Part shown: positions 1 to 8,517 of the stretch, piece by piece | Layout: each line of letters starts with the position of its first letter | How positions within the stretch are numbered: the first letter of the stretch is position 1 | Source: Candidatus Lindowbacteria bacterium RIFCSPLOWO2_12_FULL_62_27 | GTDB lineage: Bacteria > Lindowbacteria > 2-12-FULL-62-27 | NCBI GenBank assembly: GCA_001784175.1 | Contig: MFPR01000005.1 | Span: 1 to 32,192 of the forward strand | Reading direction: 5' to 3' | Length of the DNA stretch: 32,192 bases | Notes under the pieces: generated by a model | What the model saw: only the letters and a program-made list of their open reading frames with translations | The model's database searches: none | What the model was told of the DNA's origin: nothing | Translations under genes and position numbers: made by a program

Positions 1-209
1 CGCCTTAGATCAATGTTGTCCAAAGACGTATCCCAAAACAGCCGACGGAGTTGGCCCGGCACGGTTTTGACGGCGCGCAGCCGGCGGATTTTCTCTGACA
101 CGCCCGGATCGTCCGCACGGCCCAGATAACGATGCCGCACCCGCCCGCCCTCGCGGTCGACCCGGTACGCGTATGCACGCCGGCCCACCTTGCGAATGAG
201 TATGCTCAT
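1..209 (-). CDS. DUF6922-like putative antitoxin/DNA-binding protein, runs off the left edge
   Basis: Not in the ORF track; translated by hand from ATG at 209: MSILIRKVGRRAYAYRVDREGGRVRHRYLGRADDPGVSEKIRRLRAVKTVPGQLRRLFWDTSLDNIDLR, open to the window edge. The LFWD-x5-D motif is typical of DUF6922. A good promoter lies directly upstream. Confidence 0.65.
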   Translation of the reverse strand, partial: MSILIRKVGRRAYAYRVDREGGRVRHRYLGRADDPGVSEKIRRLRAVKTVPGQLRRLFWDTSLDNIDLR

Positions 210-217
210 CTGGGGGC

Positions 218-246
218 ATTATACACTACAATGTTGTGTAAATCAA
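218..246 (-). promoter_or_regulatory. sigma70 promoter with palindromic operator, near-leaderless
   Basis: TTGATT (246-241), 17 nt spacer, TATAAT (223-218), then 8 nt to the ATG at 209 with no SD. Imperfect palindrome TACACTACAATGTTGTGTA at 222-240. Confidence 0.7.
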
Positions 247-264
247 CGCGGCCACCGCCGCCTG

Positions 265-744
265 CTACTTCTTCAGGCCCCGGCCGAGAATGTCCTGGAG
301 GAACTCGAGGAGGTCCGCCGACGTCACGATCCCGATGAGGCGGGAGGTTTCGGGATCCACGATCGGAACGCTGTTGAACCGTTTGGCGCGCAACAGGCCC
401 GCGCACTCGCGGATGCCGCTGTCCGGCGGAAGGGTGAATACCTCTTTGGTCATGAACGACCGGACCGGCAGGTTCACCGTCTGCCGGTCCCGGGCCGTCT
501 CGATCTTGGAGCCCGCAAACGCGCTGATCACCCGCTGAAGATCCCCCTTCGCCACGATCCCCACCAGCCGGTCGGGCCCGCCGGGACGCTTCTCGGTCAC
601 CGGCAAATGGTGGAACCCGCGCCGCTCCATGATCCGCAGCGCCTCTCCGGCGGTCGCCTCCGGCGTGATCGTCACCGGGTCCGGCGTCATGATCCGATGG
701 AGGGAATACGTTGAATACTTCTTCTTGTCTGATCCAAGCTCCAT
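265..744 (-). CDS. CBS-pair domain protein (AcuB-like)
   Basis: Two CBS repeats: IMTPDPVTITPE..FHHLPV..LVGIV and FMTKEVFTLPPD..FNSVPIVD..LIGIVTSADLL. Start could also be 759. Confidence 0.85.
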   Translation of the reverse strand: MELGSDKKKYSTYSLHRIMTPDPVTITPEATAGEALRIMERRGFHHLPVTEKRPGGPDRLVGIVAKGDLQRVISAFAGSKIETARDRQTVNLPVRSFMTKEVFTLPPDSGIRECAGLLRAKRFNSVPIVDPETSRLIGIVTSADLLEFLQDILGRGLKK

Positions 745-790
745 TTCCCTATTGTACACGCATTGGCTGGGCTTTCAATGCCCAAAAGAC

Positions 791-2059
791 TCAGAACTGC
801 CAGCCGATCCCGGCGTTGAACTTGTCGTTGTCGATCGCCGTCCCGTCGGCGTCCTTGAACGACGTGTAATCGACTTTCACCGCCAGATTCTGCACCGGTT
901 TGAACGTGAAACCGTACACCCACTGCTCCCGGTCCCGGTTGTTCTGCGCCGTGTTCGTCGAATTCGACGGCATCTTCTTGGCGGTGTCGTAATCCTCAAA
1001 GCGCACAAAGGCCGCCAGACCGGCGTCTTGAAGCAGTCCCGCCCGGTCTCCCGGCTGAAACAGCCAGTAGGCGCCCTGCGCGTACCAGCCTTCAAGCTGT
1101 TTGGCCTGGTCGGTGCCGGTCAAGGTGCGGAGTTTGTCGGCGTCGTCGATGTCGAATTGGGCCCACTCTCCCACAAACTCGACGCGGTCCTGTTTGTACC
1201 TCGCGTCAAACGCCAGTCCCGTGATGTCCGGCTTGCCGCCGGAATCACTGACTTTGTCCCCCGCGTCCCCTCCATAATAAGAGAATCCCAGATTCAGCGG
1301 ATAGCGCTCGACGGCGTAATCGAGCCGCGCGGCGATGCCGATGTCAAACACGTTGCCGTTGGACTCCGATCCGAACTGTTTCTGCCGAAGATCGCGGATG
1401 CTGACGGTCCCGAGGTTGATGGCGGGTGTGGTATTGTCGTTCTGGCCGGCGATAAACTGCAGTGAATTGATGCCGTAGACTTGATACTTCAGATTCTCCG
1501 TCAGGCTCCCGAAGAATCCCGCCCCCGCGGCGAACCACGTCGACGGAATGATCAGGTTGTCCACAGTCGGCCGCTCGACCCCATGAAACGCCGGCGGCTC
1601 GTGGAACTGGTTGATCACGCCCATCGGCACGACGATGACGCCGGATCGGATGCCGAAATTCTCCTTCGGCGTGAATTCCAGATACGCCTGCTCAAGCTCA
1701 AATTCCCCCTGGCGGTCCCGGATGAAGGAGTGCTCGAATTCCAGCTCCGAATGAAACTGAATCCAGTCGTTGAACCGGTGACCCACGTACATGACGTAGC
1801 GGTGAAAATCGAGATTCTCGCCGTCCCCGGACTGCGTCGACAGGTAGTGCATCTCCATGTACCCGCCGAGCCTGGTTTTCTGGATCGAGCCGTATTCCAC
1901 ACCGCCGGCGCCCTTGCCCATCTTCTTCAATTCCTCGATCTCGCGGCTCAGGACGTCCACGCGCCGCTCCAGCTCCTCGCTGCTCGCCGCAAACGCGGCG
2001 ACGGCGGACCCGAACAGGATCCACGCGGCGAGGCCCAAATTTGCAAGAACACACTTCAT
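791..2059 (-). CDS. outer-membrane beta-barrel porin (putative metal/ion uptake)
   Basis: Signal peptide (AAFA-A), short coiled coil, GGYMEMHY / DFHRYVMYVGHRF / SELEFEH / ELEQAYLEF strands, C-terminal GIGWQF BAM signal, SD GAGGGAGG. Confidence 0.8.
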   Translation of the reverse strand: MKCVLANLGLAAWILFGSAVAAFAASSEELERRVDVLSREIEELKKMGKGAGGVEYGSIQKTRLGGYMEMHYLSTQSGDGENLDFHRYVMYVGHRFNDWIQFHSELEFEHSFIRDRQGEFELEQAYLEFTPKENFGIRSGVIVVPMGVINQFHEPPAFHGVERPTVDNLIIPSTWFAAGAGFFGSLTENLKYQVYGINSLQFIAGQNDNTTPAINLGTVSIRDLRQKQFGSESNGNVFDIGIAARLDYAVERYPLNLGFSYYGGDAGDKVSDSGGKPDITGLAFDARYKQDRVEFVGEWAQFDIDDADKLRTLTGTDQAKQLEGWYAQGAYWLFQPGDRAGLLQDAGLAAFVRFEDYDTAKKMPSNSTNTAQNNRDREQWVYGFTFKPVQNLAVKVDYTSFKDADGTAIDNDKFNAGIGWQF

Positions 2060-2112
2060 TTGACTGCCTCCCTCTTTGATTTAGACTTCAAATTAACTGC
2101 TGACCACAAAGC

Positions 2113-2152
2113 TAAGTTTGATGTATAAAACTTATTTGGGCAGGCTTGTCAA
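2113..2152 (-). promoter_or_regulatory. -35 TTGACA plus 22-bp palindromic operator upstream of the porin
   Basis: TAAGTTTGATGTATAAAACTTA (2113-2134, 9 of 11 pairs) and TTGACA at 2152-2147. The -10 element is unclear. Confidence 0.55.
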
Positions 2153-2302
2153 GAGGGGGATGCGGAAGATTTGACATCGCTGGATCTCCCGCGCCGGGTC
2201 CCGGGTGTTGGGCCGGAGGATGAGGCGAAGCGGTTTGAGGCCGATACGGCCGTTTTCGAACAGATCGACGAGAAACAGGCGCCCGCCTTTCGGTCATAAG
2301 TC

Positions 2303-2334
2303 AAAAAAACGGGGCGGCCGCAACGTGCCGCCCC
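2303..2334 (-). terminator. Rho-independent terminator of the porin-B-A-D-c554 operon
   Basis: Minus strand GGGGCGGC-acgttgcg-GCCGCCCC-G-TTTTTTT. A second long hairpin (2348-2388) precedes it. Confidence 0.85.
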
Positions 2335-2438
2335 ACCATCCAATCAGCCTCTTTGCCAACGGAAGATCGGACCTTACCGGCAAAGGGGGTTCCTGATCCT
2401 TCACAAATGGCAAACCGGCCAAATGAAAACAGATAGTC

Positions 2439-3068
2439 CTACTTCTTCGCGGGCGCCTCCTTGGGCCTGGGATGCGCGATTTTTTTCCACGCCTCCTTGA
2501 AATTGAATTCCGCGCGGTCGCCCATGCGCGGCGCGGTCTCGTTATGGCACTGCCGGCACATCGCCTCGGTCGGGATGATCAGGCCGTTGGCGACGGATTT
2601 GGCGCGGTCCTTCATGATGGGGACTTTGGCGTAATCGGCGCCCGCGCCGTGGCATCGTTCGCACTGCACGCCGTCCTCGATTTTGAATTTTTCGCCCAGA
2701 AGCGCCGCGTCGGCGCCGAACCCCGCCGTGTGGCACTTGAGACACTCCGGCGCCTTTTGCGGGTCGCCCTTCACGCCGACCTTGGCCGCCAGGTCCTTCG
2801 CCTCCTTTGACGCCAACATCTCGTAGGCTTTCGCGTGTTTGCTCTCCTGCCAGTGTTTGAGTTGGTTGCCCTTGGCGTCGCTCTTGTGGCACATGCCGCA
2901 TTTGGCGACGCCCACAAACCCGTGTTTTTTTGCCGCCGCCGGCTCGGGCTTGGCTTTGGCCGGGCCGCCCGCGGACGCCGCGTCCTCCGACCAGATCATC
3001 ACCGCAACGCACAGAAGGGAGAACACGATGGCGAGAATGACTCCCGTCACGATGAACGTCCGCTCCAT
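2439..3068 (-). CDS. tetraheme cytochrome c554-family protein with N-terminal signal/anchor
   Basis: Four CxxCH (CGMCH, CLKCH, CERCH, CRQCH), FVG-x2-KC and W-x2-SKHAKAY motifs, hydrophobic N-terminus. Alternative start 3107. Confidence 0.85.
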   Translation of the reverse strand: MERTFIVTGVILAIVFSLLCVAVMIWSEDAASAGGPAKAKPEPAAAKKHGFVGVAKCGMCHKSDAKGNQLKHWQESKHAKAYEMLASKEAKDLAAKVGVKGDPQKAPECLKCHTAGFGADAALLGEKFKIEDGVQCERCHGAGADYAKVPIMKDRAKSVANGLIIPTEAMCRQCHNETAPRMGDRAEFNFKEAWKKIAHPRPKEAPAKK

Positions 3069-3087
3069 TAATGTGACTTCCCTCTCG

Positions 3088-3687
3088 TTAAATTCCACCG
3101 CGTTCATCTCCTTCCTCCTTCTCCAAAAAATCCGCGGCCAGATCGGTTACCTGCCGGTAGAACGGCAGGCGCGCGGCGCCGGCCACTTTTCCGGCGAATT
3201 TCGGGAACCACGCGCCCAGATGCTCCGACAAAAATTTCCGCTCCGCCTTGAGGCACTCCTCCGCCATCGCCACGTCTTCCTCCCGGCGCGCCCGCGCCTC
3301 GCGCTCGACGAGCCTCTGCATCAATTCAAATTCGACCGACACGTGGTCCGGGATGAACGTCTCATCGCCGATGGAAAGTCCCATGGCCTCGATGAATCGC
3401 CGGACGGCGGAGGTCTGCGGACCCCACAACAGCGCCGGCTGGCCGGTCGCCGCCGCATGAACCGACTCGTACGGCGAAATATGCGGCCCCGGGCCGAGAA
3501 AAAGGCGGGTGAACTCGACCGCCAATTCCTCCATTCCCTGCCCGCCCGACGGGATGTCCAGCTCCATATCGGCGGCCTTGAGCGCGTCCAAAATCTCGGC
3601 GGTCGGCGCCTCACGATAGAGGCGGGAGAACAGGCCGTAGAGAGCCGCGCGGGACAGCGCTGTCTCTTCCTCGACCTCGGGCGTCAT
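3088..3687 (-). CDS. TorD/DmsD-family molybdoenzyme chaperone
   Basis: RAALYGLFSRLY, EFTRLF, PYESVH, PDHVSVEFELM, FLSEHLGAWFPKF. Start moved to ATG 3687, just after the A subunit stop. Confidence 0.9.
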   Translation of the reverse strand: MTPEVEEETALSRAALYGLFSRLYREAPTAEILDALKAADMELDIPSGGQGMEELAVEFTRLFLGPGPHISPYESVHAAATGQPALLWGPQTSAVRRFIEAMGLSIGDETFIPDHVSVEFELMQRLVEREARARREEDVAMAEECLKAERKFLSEHLGAWFPKFAGKVAGAARLPFYRQVTDLAADFLEKEEGDERGGI

Positions 3688-3701
3688 TGTCGTTTCCGTA
3701 T

Positions 3702-6140
3702 TCAGGCCTTCTCCACCGTGACGACCGTGTCGTTCCAGCGCATCTGGCCGCTGATGTGGTCGGCCTTGTTGGCGATCAGCCAATTGGGATGCTTGCCGAA
3801 CGTGTCCCATGTCGGCTTCTCGCCCTCAACCTCCGGGAAAACCTCCTTGCCCGACGCGTAGCGGCCGTACTCCCAGTGTCCGACGCTCATGGAGATGGCC
3901 ACGACCTGCGGGTGGATGCCTTCTGTCACGCGCGCGGTGGTGACGATTTCGCCGATGGGAGACTTGAGACGCACTTTGTCGCCGTTGGCGATTCCGCGCG
4001 CCGCCGCCGTCTTCGGATTGATCCACATGGGATTGTCGTGATAAATCTCCGTAAGCCACTTGCAGTTCGCCGTGCGGGACTGCGTGTGGAACGCGACCTT
4101 GAAGGTCGTCAGGTGCAGTTCGCCCTCCTTCATCGCCTCATGCTCCGCGATGGGTTCGTAGGACGGCATCGGCTCGTGGCCCTTCATCTTGAGCAGGGTC
4201 GAGTAAATTTCGAACTTGCCGGACTTGTTGACAGCGTCCGGCGCGAATCCGACGTAGACCTTGTCGCCGATCTTCTGCCCGACGTACTTCTTGAATGCAT
4301 CCTTCGTCGTGGTGTAATCCTCGCCTGCCTTGCCCTTCCACCAGACGCCGGTCTTCTCGTCTAATATGGCGTCTTTGAGATCCTCCGGCTTGACCTCCTT
4401 CTCGTGCTTGCGGTACTTGCCCTTGGCGTTCTTGTCGTACCACGCGCCATACTTTTTCATGTACTCAAATCCACCGACGGCCTTGATCTCGGGCGTGTTC
4501 TCGCAGCCGTCCTTGATGAACTCCTCTGACGAATTGAAGGGGAGGTCGATGCCGAGCCGTTTGGCGATGTCGATGCAGACATCCTGGAACTGGCGCGATT
4601 CGCCCAAGGGCTTCACGATGGGCTGGCGGATATACCATTCGGAGATCTGATCGTGCGACGCCATGTCGTCGAGGGTCCAGCGTTCGAGATAGGTGACGTC
4701 GGGCAGGATGAGGTCCGCCAGCGCGGCCGATTCGCTCATAAAGGGCGTGACGGCGACACTAAACGGCAGGAGGGTCTCGTCTTTCATGACGTCGATGTTC
4801 TCCTGGCATTCGCCGTTCACGTAGACCGGATTGTGGCAGTAAAACATGTAGACGTCCGGCCGGCCTTCCTTGCCTTCCTTGATCACCTTGAAGATCTGGT
4901 GGCTGACGTGGTGCGTCGGATAGGCGCAGTGCTCGATGCCATGGTCCAATGCCAGCGCCTTGGGTTTGGCGTCCGGCTTTTTGTAGGAGTTGACCCACTT
5001 GGGTCCGACCGCCCGGGCGCGCCCGCCGGGAACGTCGATGTTGCCGCAGAGCGCCTCCAGCATGAGCGACGCGCGTTCGCCGTCCGCGCCTTCCTGGTGG
5101 GCGACCAATCCGCGGTAGGTGACGCACACGGATGGCTTGGTCGTGGCGAATTCCTTGGCCAGCCGCGTGATGGTGGACGCCGGCACCCCGCTGACCTTCT
5201 CGGCCCACTTCGGCGTGTACTTCTTCAGATGCTCCTTGAGCTGTTCCACTGTCGCGGTCGTCCATGTCTCGATGAAGGCGGTGTCCTGAAGGCCTTCGTC
5301 GAGGATGACCTTGCACATGGCGAGGATGACGGCCTTGTCCGTGCCGGGTTTGATGGGAATCCACTCGCGGGATTTGGCGGCCGTGTTGGAGAGGCGCACG
5401 TCGAAGGTGACGAGCGGGACGCCGCTGCCGAGCGCGGCGGCAAGCCGCTGGGCGAACGGAACGTGATTGGTATGGGCTTCGAGCGGATTGCATCCGAAAT
5501 TGAGGATGAACTTCGAGCGGGACACGTCGAAGACGTCATAGTGTTTTCCCCACGTCAATTCCTGGGCCGTCCATTTGCCGCCTTCGCAGATGGACGTGTG
5601 ATTTCCGATGGTTTTCGTGCCGTAGGCGGGAAGGAAAAAGCCTGTGACGATGGTGGAATCGGAGCCTTTCATGCGCCCGTAATGGAACATGAACTTTTCG
5701 GGCGTTCCGTCGTCGCGGAGTTTTTTGAGGCGCGCCGTCAACTCATCGAGCGCATCGTCCCACGTGATGCGCTTCCACTTGCCTTCGCCTCGCGCGCCGA
5801 CCCGCCGCATCGGGTAGAGGATGCGGTCGGGATCGTAGACCTGATTGACTCCGGCCTGGCCGCGGGCGCAGATGACGCCGCTGGTGCGCAGGAGATTCGG
5901 GTTGCCTTCGATCTTGACCAGCCGGCCGTCCTCGACGTAGCCGATGATGCCGTCGCGGACGACGCACTGCCAGCAGGAGGATGGGACGGCCGTCCGGGCG
6001 ACGCCCTTGAGGGATACGTCGGCCCAGCCGGATTTGAGTTCGACCGCGCCGGCGAGGATCGGTTTTCGAACGCCGATCGTCGCGAGCGTGGCCGCGGCCG
6101 CGCCGAGTTTGAAGAATGACCTTCGCGTCATATTAACCAC
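3702..6140 (-). CDS. Tat-exported DMSO-reductase-family molybdoenzyme catalytic subunit (Arr/Psr/Anr-related, substrate unknown)
   Basis: Tat motif TRRSFFK, FS0 motif CWQC-x3-D-x27-C, DRILYPMRRVGARGEGKW, putative Mo-ligand loop NHTSICE, ADLILPDVTYLER, HTQSRT, 812 aa. Confidence 0.9.
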   Translation of the reverse strand: MVNMTRRSFFKLGAAAATLATIGVRKPILAGAVELKSGWADVSLKGVARTAVPSSCWQCVVRDGIIGYVEDGRLVKIEGNPNLLRTSGVICARGQAGVNQVYDPDRILYPMRRVGARGEGKWKRITWDDALDELTARLKKLRDDGTPEKFMFHYGRMKGSDSTIVTGFFLPAYGTKTIGNHTSICEGGKWTAQELTWGKHYDVFDVSRSKFILNFGCNPLEAHTNHVPFAQRLAAALGSGVPLVTFDVRLSNTAAKSREWIPIKPGTDKAVILAMCKVILDEGLQDTAFIETWTTATVEQLKEHLKKYTPKWAEKVSGVPASTITRLAKEFATTKPSVCVTYRGLVAHQEGADGERASLMLEALCGNIDVPGGRARAVGPKWVNSYKKPDAKPKALALDHGIEHCAYPTHHVSHQIFKVIKEGKEGRPDVYMFYCHNPVYVNGECQENIDVMKDETLLPFSVAVTPFMSESAALADLILPDVTYLERWTLDDMASHDQISEWYIRQPIVKPLGESRQFQDVCIDIAKRLGIDLPFNSSEEFIKDGCENTPEIKAVGGFEYMKKYGAWYDKNAKGKYRKHEKEVKPEDLKDAILDEKTGVWWKGKAGEDYTTTKDAFKKYVGQKIGDKVYVGFAPDAVNKSGKFEIYSTLLKMKGHEPMPSYEPIAEHEAMKEGELHLTTFKVAFHTQSRTANCKWLTEIYHDNPMWINPKTAAARGIANGDKVRLKSPIGEIVTTARVTEGIHPQVVAISMSVGHWEYGRYASGKEVFPEVEGEKPTWDTFGKHPNWLIANKADHISGQMRWNDTVVTVEKA

Positions 6141-6969
6141 GAGCGTTCACCCCCTCGCCGAGCACTTCGGGTTTATCGAGCGCGATGTAGTACGTGTTCG
6201 GTTTTGTTTTTGCTTCCGGTTTCCAGACGCCGGTTTTGGCGCCTTTCAGGCGTTTTGAAATTTCGCTGCCGGGGTCGTTCATGTCGCCGAAGACGATGGC
6301 GCGGCCGACGCAGGTGTTGGCGCAGGACGGCTCGATGCCCTGGTCCAGCCGGTGGACGCAGTAGTCGCACTTGCCGATGCCGTTCTGATCCGGATCGCCG
6401 CCGGCTTTCATATAAGGATGAACGTATCGCGCGCCGTAGGGACAGGCCTCGACGCACTGCTGACAGCCGATACAGCGTTCGTTGTTGACGAGGACAAGGC
6501 CGTCGGGGCGCTTGTAGGTCGCCTTCTGCACATATTCGACGGTCGTGCCGTCGGGCGCGTTGTAGGTGACGGTGATGGGATCGACGGGGCAAGCCTCCAC
6601 GCAGGGCGGCGCGTCGCAGTGATTGCAGAGGATGGGCGCGATGGCGCGGCCTGTTTTCGGATAAGAGCCGTATTCGAGATAATTGACTTTCCGGCGGAAC
6701 ACACCCAAGGGTACATTGTTTTCGCTCTTGCATGCAACCTCGCAGGCCTTGCAGCCGGTACAGCGCGTGAGGTCGATGAGCATGCCGTAGTGAGGCGTTT
6801 TTGTTTCAGCGCCCAGAGCTTCGAGCGGCCGGCCAGTCACCAGAGTTGCGGCGCCGGCGGCGGCCGCAGCCGCGCCAATACCGAGGGTTTTTAGAAAATC
6901 CCGGCGCTCGGCAACCGCTACGGCGCCCTCCTTGCCTTCCCCGGAGGAATCCCTTATTTCCGAATCCAT
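6133..6969 (-). CDS. 4Fe-4S dicluster electron-transfer subunit with its own Tat signal
   Basis: ERRDFLK plus hydrophobic stretch; four Cys groups CTGCKACEVAC, CNHCDAPPCVEACP, CIGCQQCVEACP, CDYC..PSCANTC; overlaps the A subunit start. Confidence 0.92.
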   Translation of the reverse strand: MDSEIRDSSGEGKEGAVAVAERRDFLKTLGIGAAAAAAGAATLVTGRPLEALGAETKTPHYGMLIDLTRCTGCKACEVACKSENNVPLGVFRRKVNYLEYGSYPKTGRAIAPILCNHCDAPPCVEACPVDPITVTYNAPDGTTVEYVQKATYKRPDGLVLVNNERCIGCQQCVEACPYGARYVHPYMKAGGDPDQNGIGKCDYCVHRLDQGIEPSCANTCVGRAIVFGDMNDPGSEISKRLKGAKTGVWKPEAKTKPNTYYIALDKPEVLGEGVNARG

Positions 6970-7008
6970 GCCCCTTCACCTGCCTTTTTCATGTTGTGTA
7001 AATCGCCG

Positions 7009-7044
7009 GGAGAGGAGGGGGCCACCCTCGGCCCTCCTCCCTCC
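7009..7044. other. intergenic stem-loop between porin and B subunit
   Basis: GGAGAGGAGGGGGCC-accctc-GGCCCTCCTCCCTCC imperfect hairpin without a U-tract; possible mRNA stabiliser or partial terminator. Confidence 0.4.
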
Positions 7045-7094
7045 TTCGGCTATAAAAACACTTCGATGCCAACCGCGCGAAAAATGGCCCTGCT

Positions 7095-8228
7095 TCAGAA
7101 TTTCACAGCCACCAGAAGCGACTGAATGTCGTCGTCCGGGTCGGTCAACCCGCTGCCCGACGTGAAGGTGCGCTTGTTGTTCGTGAAGGCGTACTTGAAC
7201 GTCACCCACTCGCCCAGCTGATATGCGATGCCCGCCTCCACGCGCTTCATCTCGTTGACGTTAACTCCCATGCCTCCCGTCCCGCCCGACGGGGCGAGGA
7301 AGTTGGAGCCTTTCAGGTCGATCTTGCTCCACTGCAGGCCGAGATAGACCTTCTCCGTCACATCGTACCGGCCCTCGAGCATCCATACCTTGCCCTCCCG
7401 CTTGCCCTTGTTGCCGTCGGCCGCCTCCGTGTCATCATCGAACTCGCCGTAATAGCCCTTGACCAATCCCTGCTCAAATTTGTAGTCTGCATGAAGCAAC
7501 CAGAGTTCCCGCTCCGCGTTTTTGCCGGCGCCGGTCAGCGTAACGCCGCCAACCGCCGCGGACGACGTGCCGTTCACACCGAGATCGCCGGAATTGTGCC
7601 AACTGCCCCACACCGACAGCGCGTCGGTGAGCTTGCTTCCCAGCCGGAACGTGATCGACTTCTCGCTGTCAACGTCGGGATCGTCGCCAGTCGAGGCGGC
7701 GGCGGCGCTGACGGCGCTCGCCGAGTTGTGCGCGCTGCCCTCCGTGAAGGCCAGGTCGTAGGTGATGCCGTAGTCGGAGACATCGGCCTTGCCGAAAAAC
7801 ATGATGCCTCGATCGTTTCCGTTGAACAGGCCGACCGAGTTGTTCACCAGGTTCTGCTCAATCGAGTTGTCAATGAACGTTTCAACGCCCAGTGGAATTT
7901 TGAATTGACCGACCCGGGCCTTGACGTCCGCCAGACCCACAAACCCAAGCGGAACGTCCAGGAAGGCATAATCCACGCTGCCGAATTCCCCCTCGTTGAT
8001 GTTCATCCGGAACGTCGCCTTGAGGTCGGCCGGCAACTCAAATGTGGTGACCAGCTTGACGTCCGGCACCCGGAAGGTTGCGGTGTCATACACGCCGCCC
8101 TTGTCCGATTGAAAATACCCCATCGCCGAACGGCCGCTCATCGTGATGAACTTGGCGTCGGCCGAAACGGCGAACGCCAGCGACATGGCGATCAACAGCA
8201 TCCAGATTACTGCATTGCGATTAAACAT
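7095..8228 (-). CDS. outer-membrane porin (OprO/OprP-like anion porin)
   Basis: Signal peptide (VSADA-K), DYAFLD, VGQFKIPLGVE, DRGIMFFG, C-terminal VAVKF. First gene after the sigma54-type promoter. Confidence 0.75.
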   Translation of the reverse strand: MFNRNAVIWMLLIAMSLAFAVSADAKFITMSGRSAMGYFQSDKGGVYDTATFRVPDVKLVTTFELPADLKATFRMNINEGEFGSVDYAFLDVPLGFVGLADVKARVGQFKIPLGVETFIDNSIEQNLVNNSVGLFNGNDRGIMFFGKADVSDYGITYDLAFTEGSAHNSASAVSAAAASTGDDPDVDSEKSITFRLGSKLTDALSVWGSWHNSGDLGVNGTSSAAVGGVTLTGAGKNAERELWLLHADYKFEQGLVKGYYGEFDDDTEAADGNKGKREGKVWMLEGRYDVTEKVYLGLQWSKIDLKGSNFLAPSGGTGGMGVNVNEMKRVEAGIAYQLGEWVTFKYAFTNNKRTFTSGSGLTDPDDDIQSLLVAVKF

Positions 8229-8349
8229 GGCTGATACAGCCCCCTTTGCCTCTCGATCCGTTTGCCGGATCGAGGTAGATTTGCTTTTTCGTCTTCACGC
8301 CGCGGTCAACATCCGAAATATGCGGACGACCGGGGTCTTAGGGGAACTG

Positions 8350-8366
8350 TGCAAAGGATATTCCGA
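8350..8366 (-). promoter_or_regulatory. sigma54-type -24/-12 promoter
   Basis: TCGGAATATCCTTTGCA = GG-N10-GC with TTGCA; 16/17 identical to 27299-27315. Confidence 0.7.
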
Positions 8367-8452
8367 TGGGGGGGGACGCCGGCGAAAAAATCGACAAGCT
8401 CTTTGACAACATAGAGATAGCAGGGGCTGTTATGGAATGGAGTGTGGGAAAA

Positions 8453-8490
8453 TGTGTGTCATATCCACGCAGTTGTACTGATTAATTACA
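8453..8490. promoter_or_regulatory. tandem TGT-N11-AC(A/G) putative upstream activating sequences
   Basis: TGTGTGTCATATCCACG (8453-8469) and TGTACTGATTAATTACA (8474-8490); the latter is 14/17 identical to 27423-27439. Confidence 0.6.
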
Positions 8491-8517
8491 TCCTATGAAC
8501 AACTCCAAAAACGGGGC

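Noticed and set aside
2112-2297. 61-aa ORF between terminator and porin
   Set aside because: No SD or motifs, low-complexity Pro/Arg content, and it runs over the porin promoter.
2348-2416. c-di-GMP-I riboswitch suggested by GGCAAACC and a nearby hairpin
   Set aside because: The motif is on the strand opposite the genes, in a 3' region, and lacks the downstream GCAAA/P2 elements.
3702-6140. Naming the gene arrA or arxA
   Set aside because: Diagnostic GRY / GRGWG motifs are absent and the FS0 motif and gene order differ.
7055-7072. TTGGCAT as an internal sigma54 promoter
   Set aside because: No GC at the -12 position ten bases downstream.
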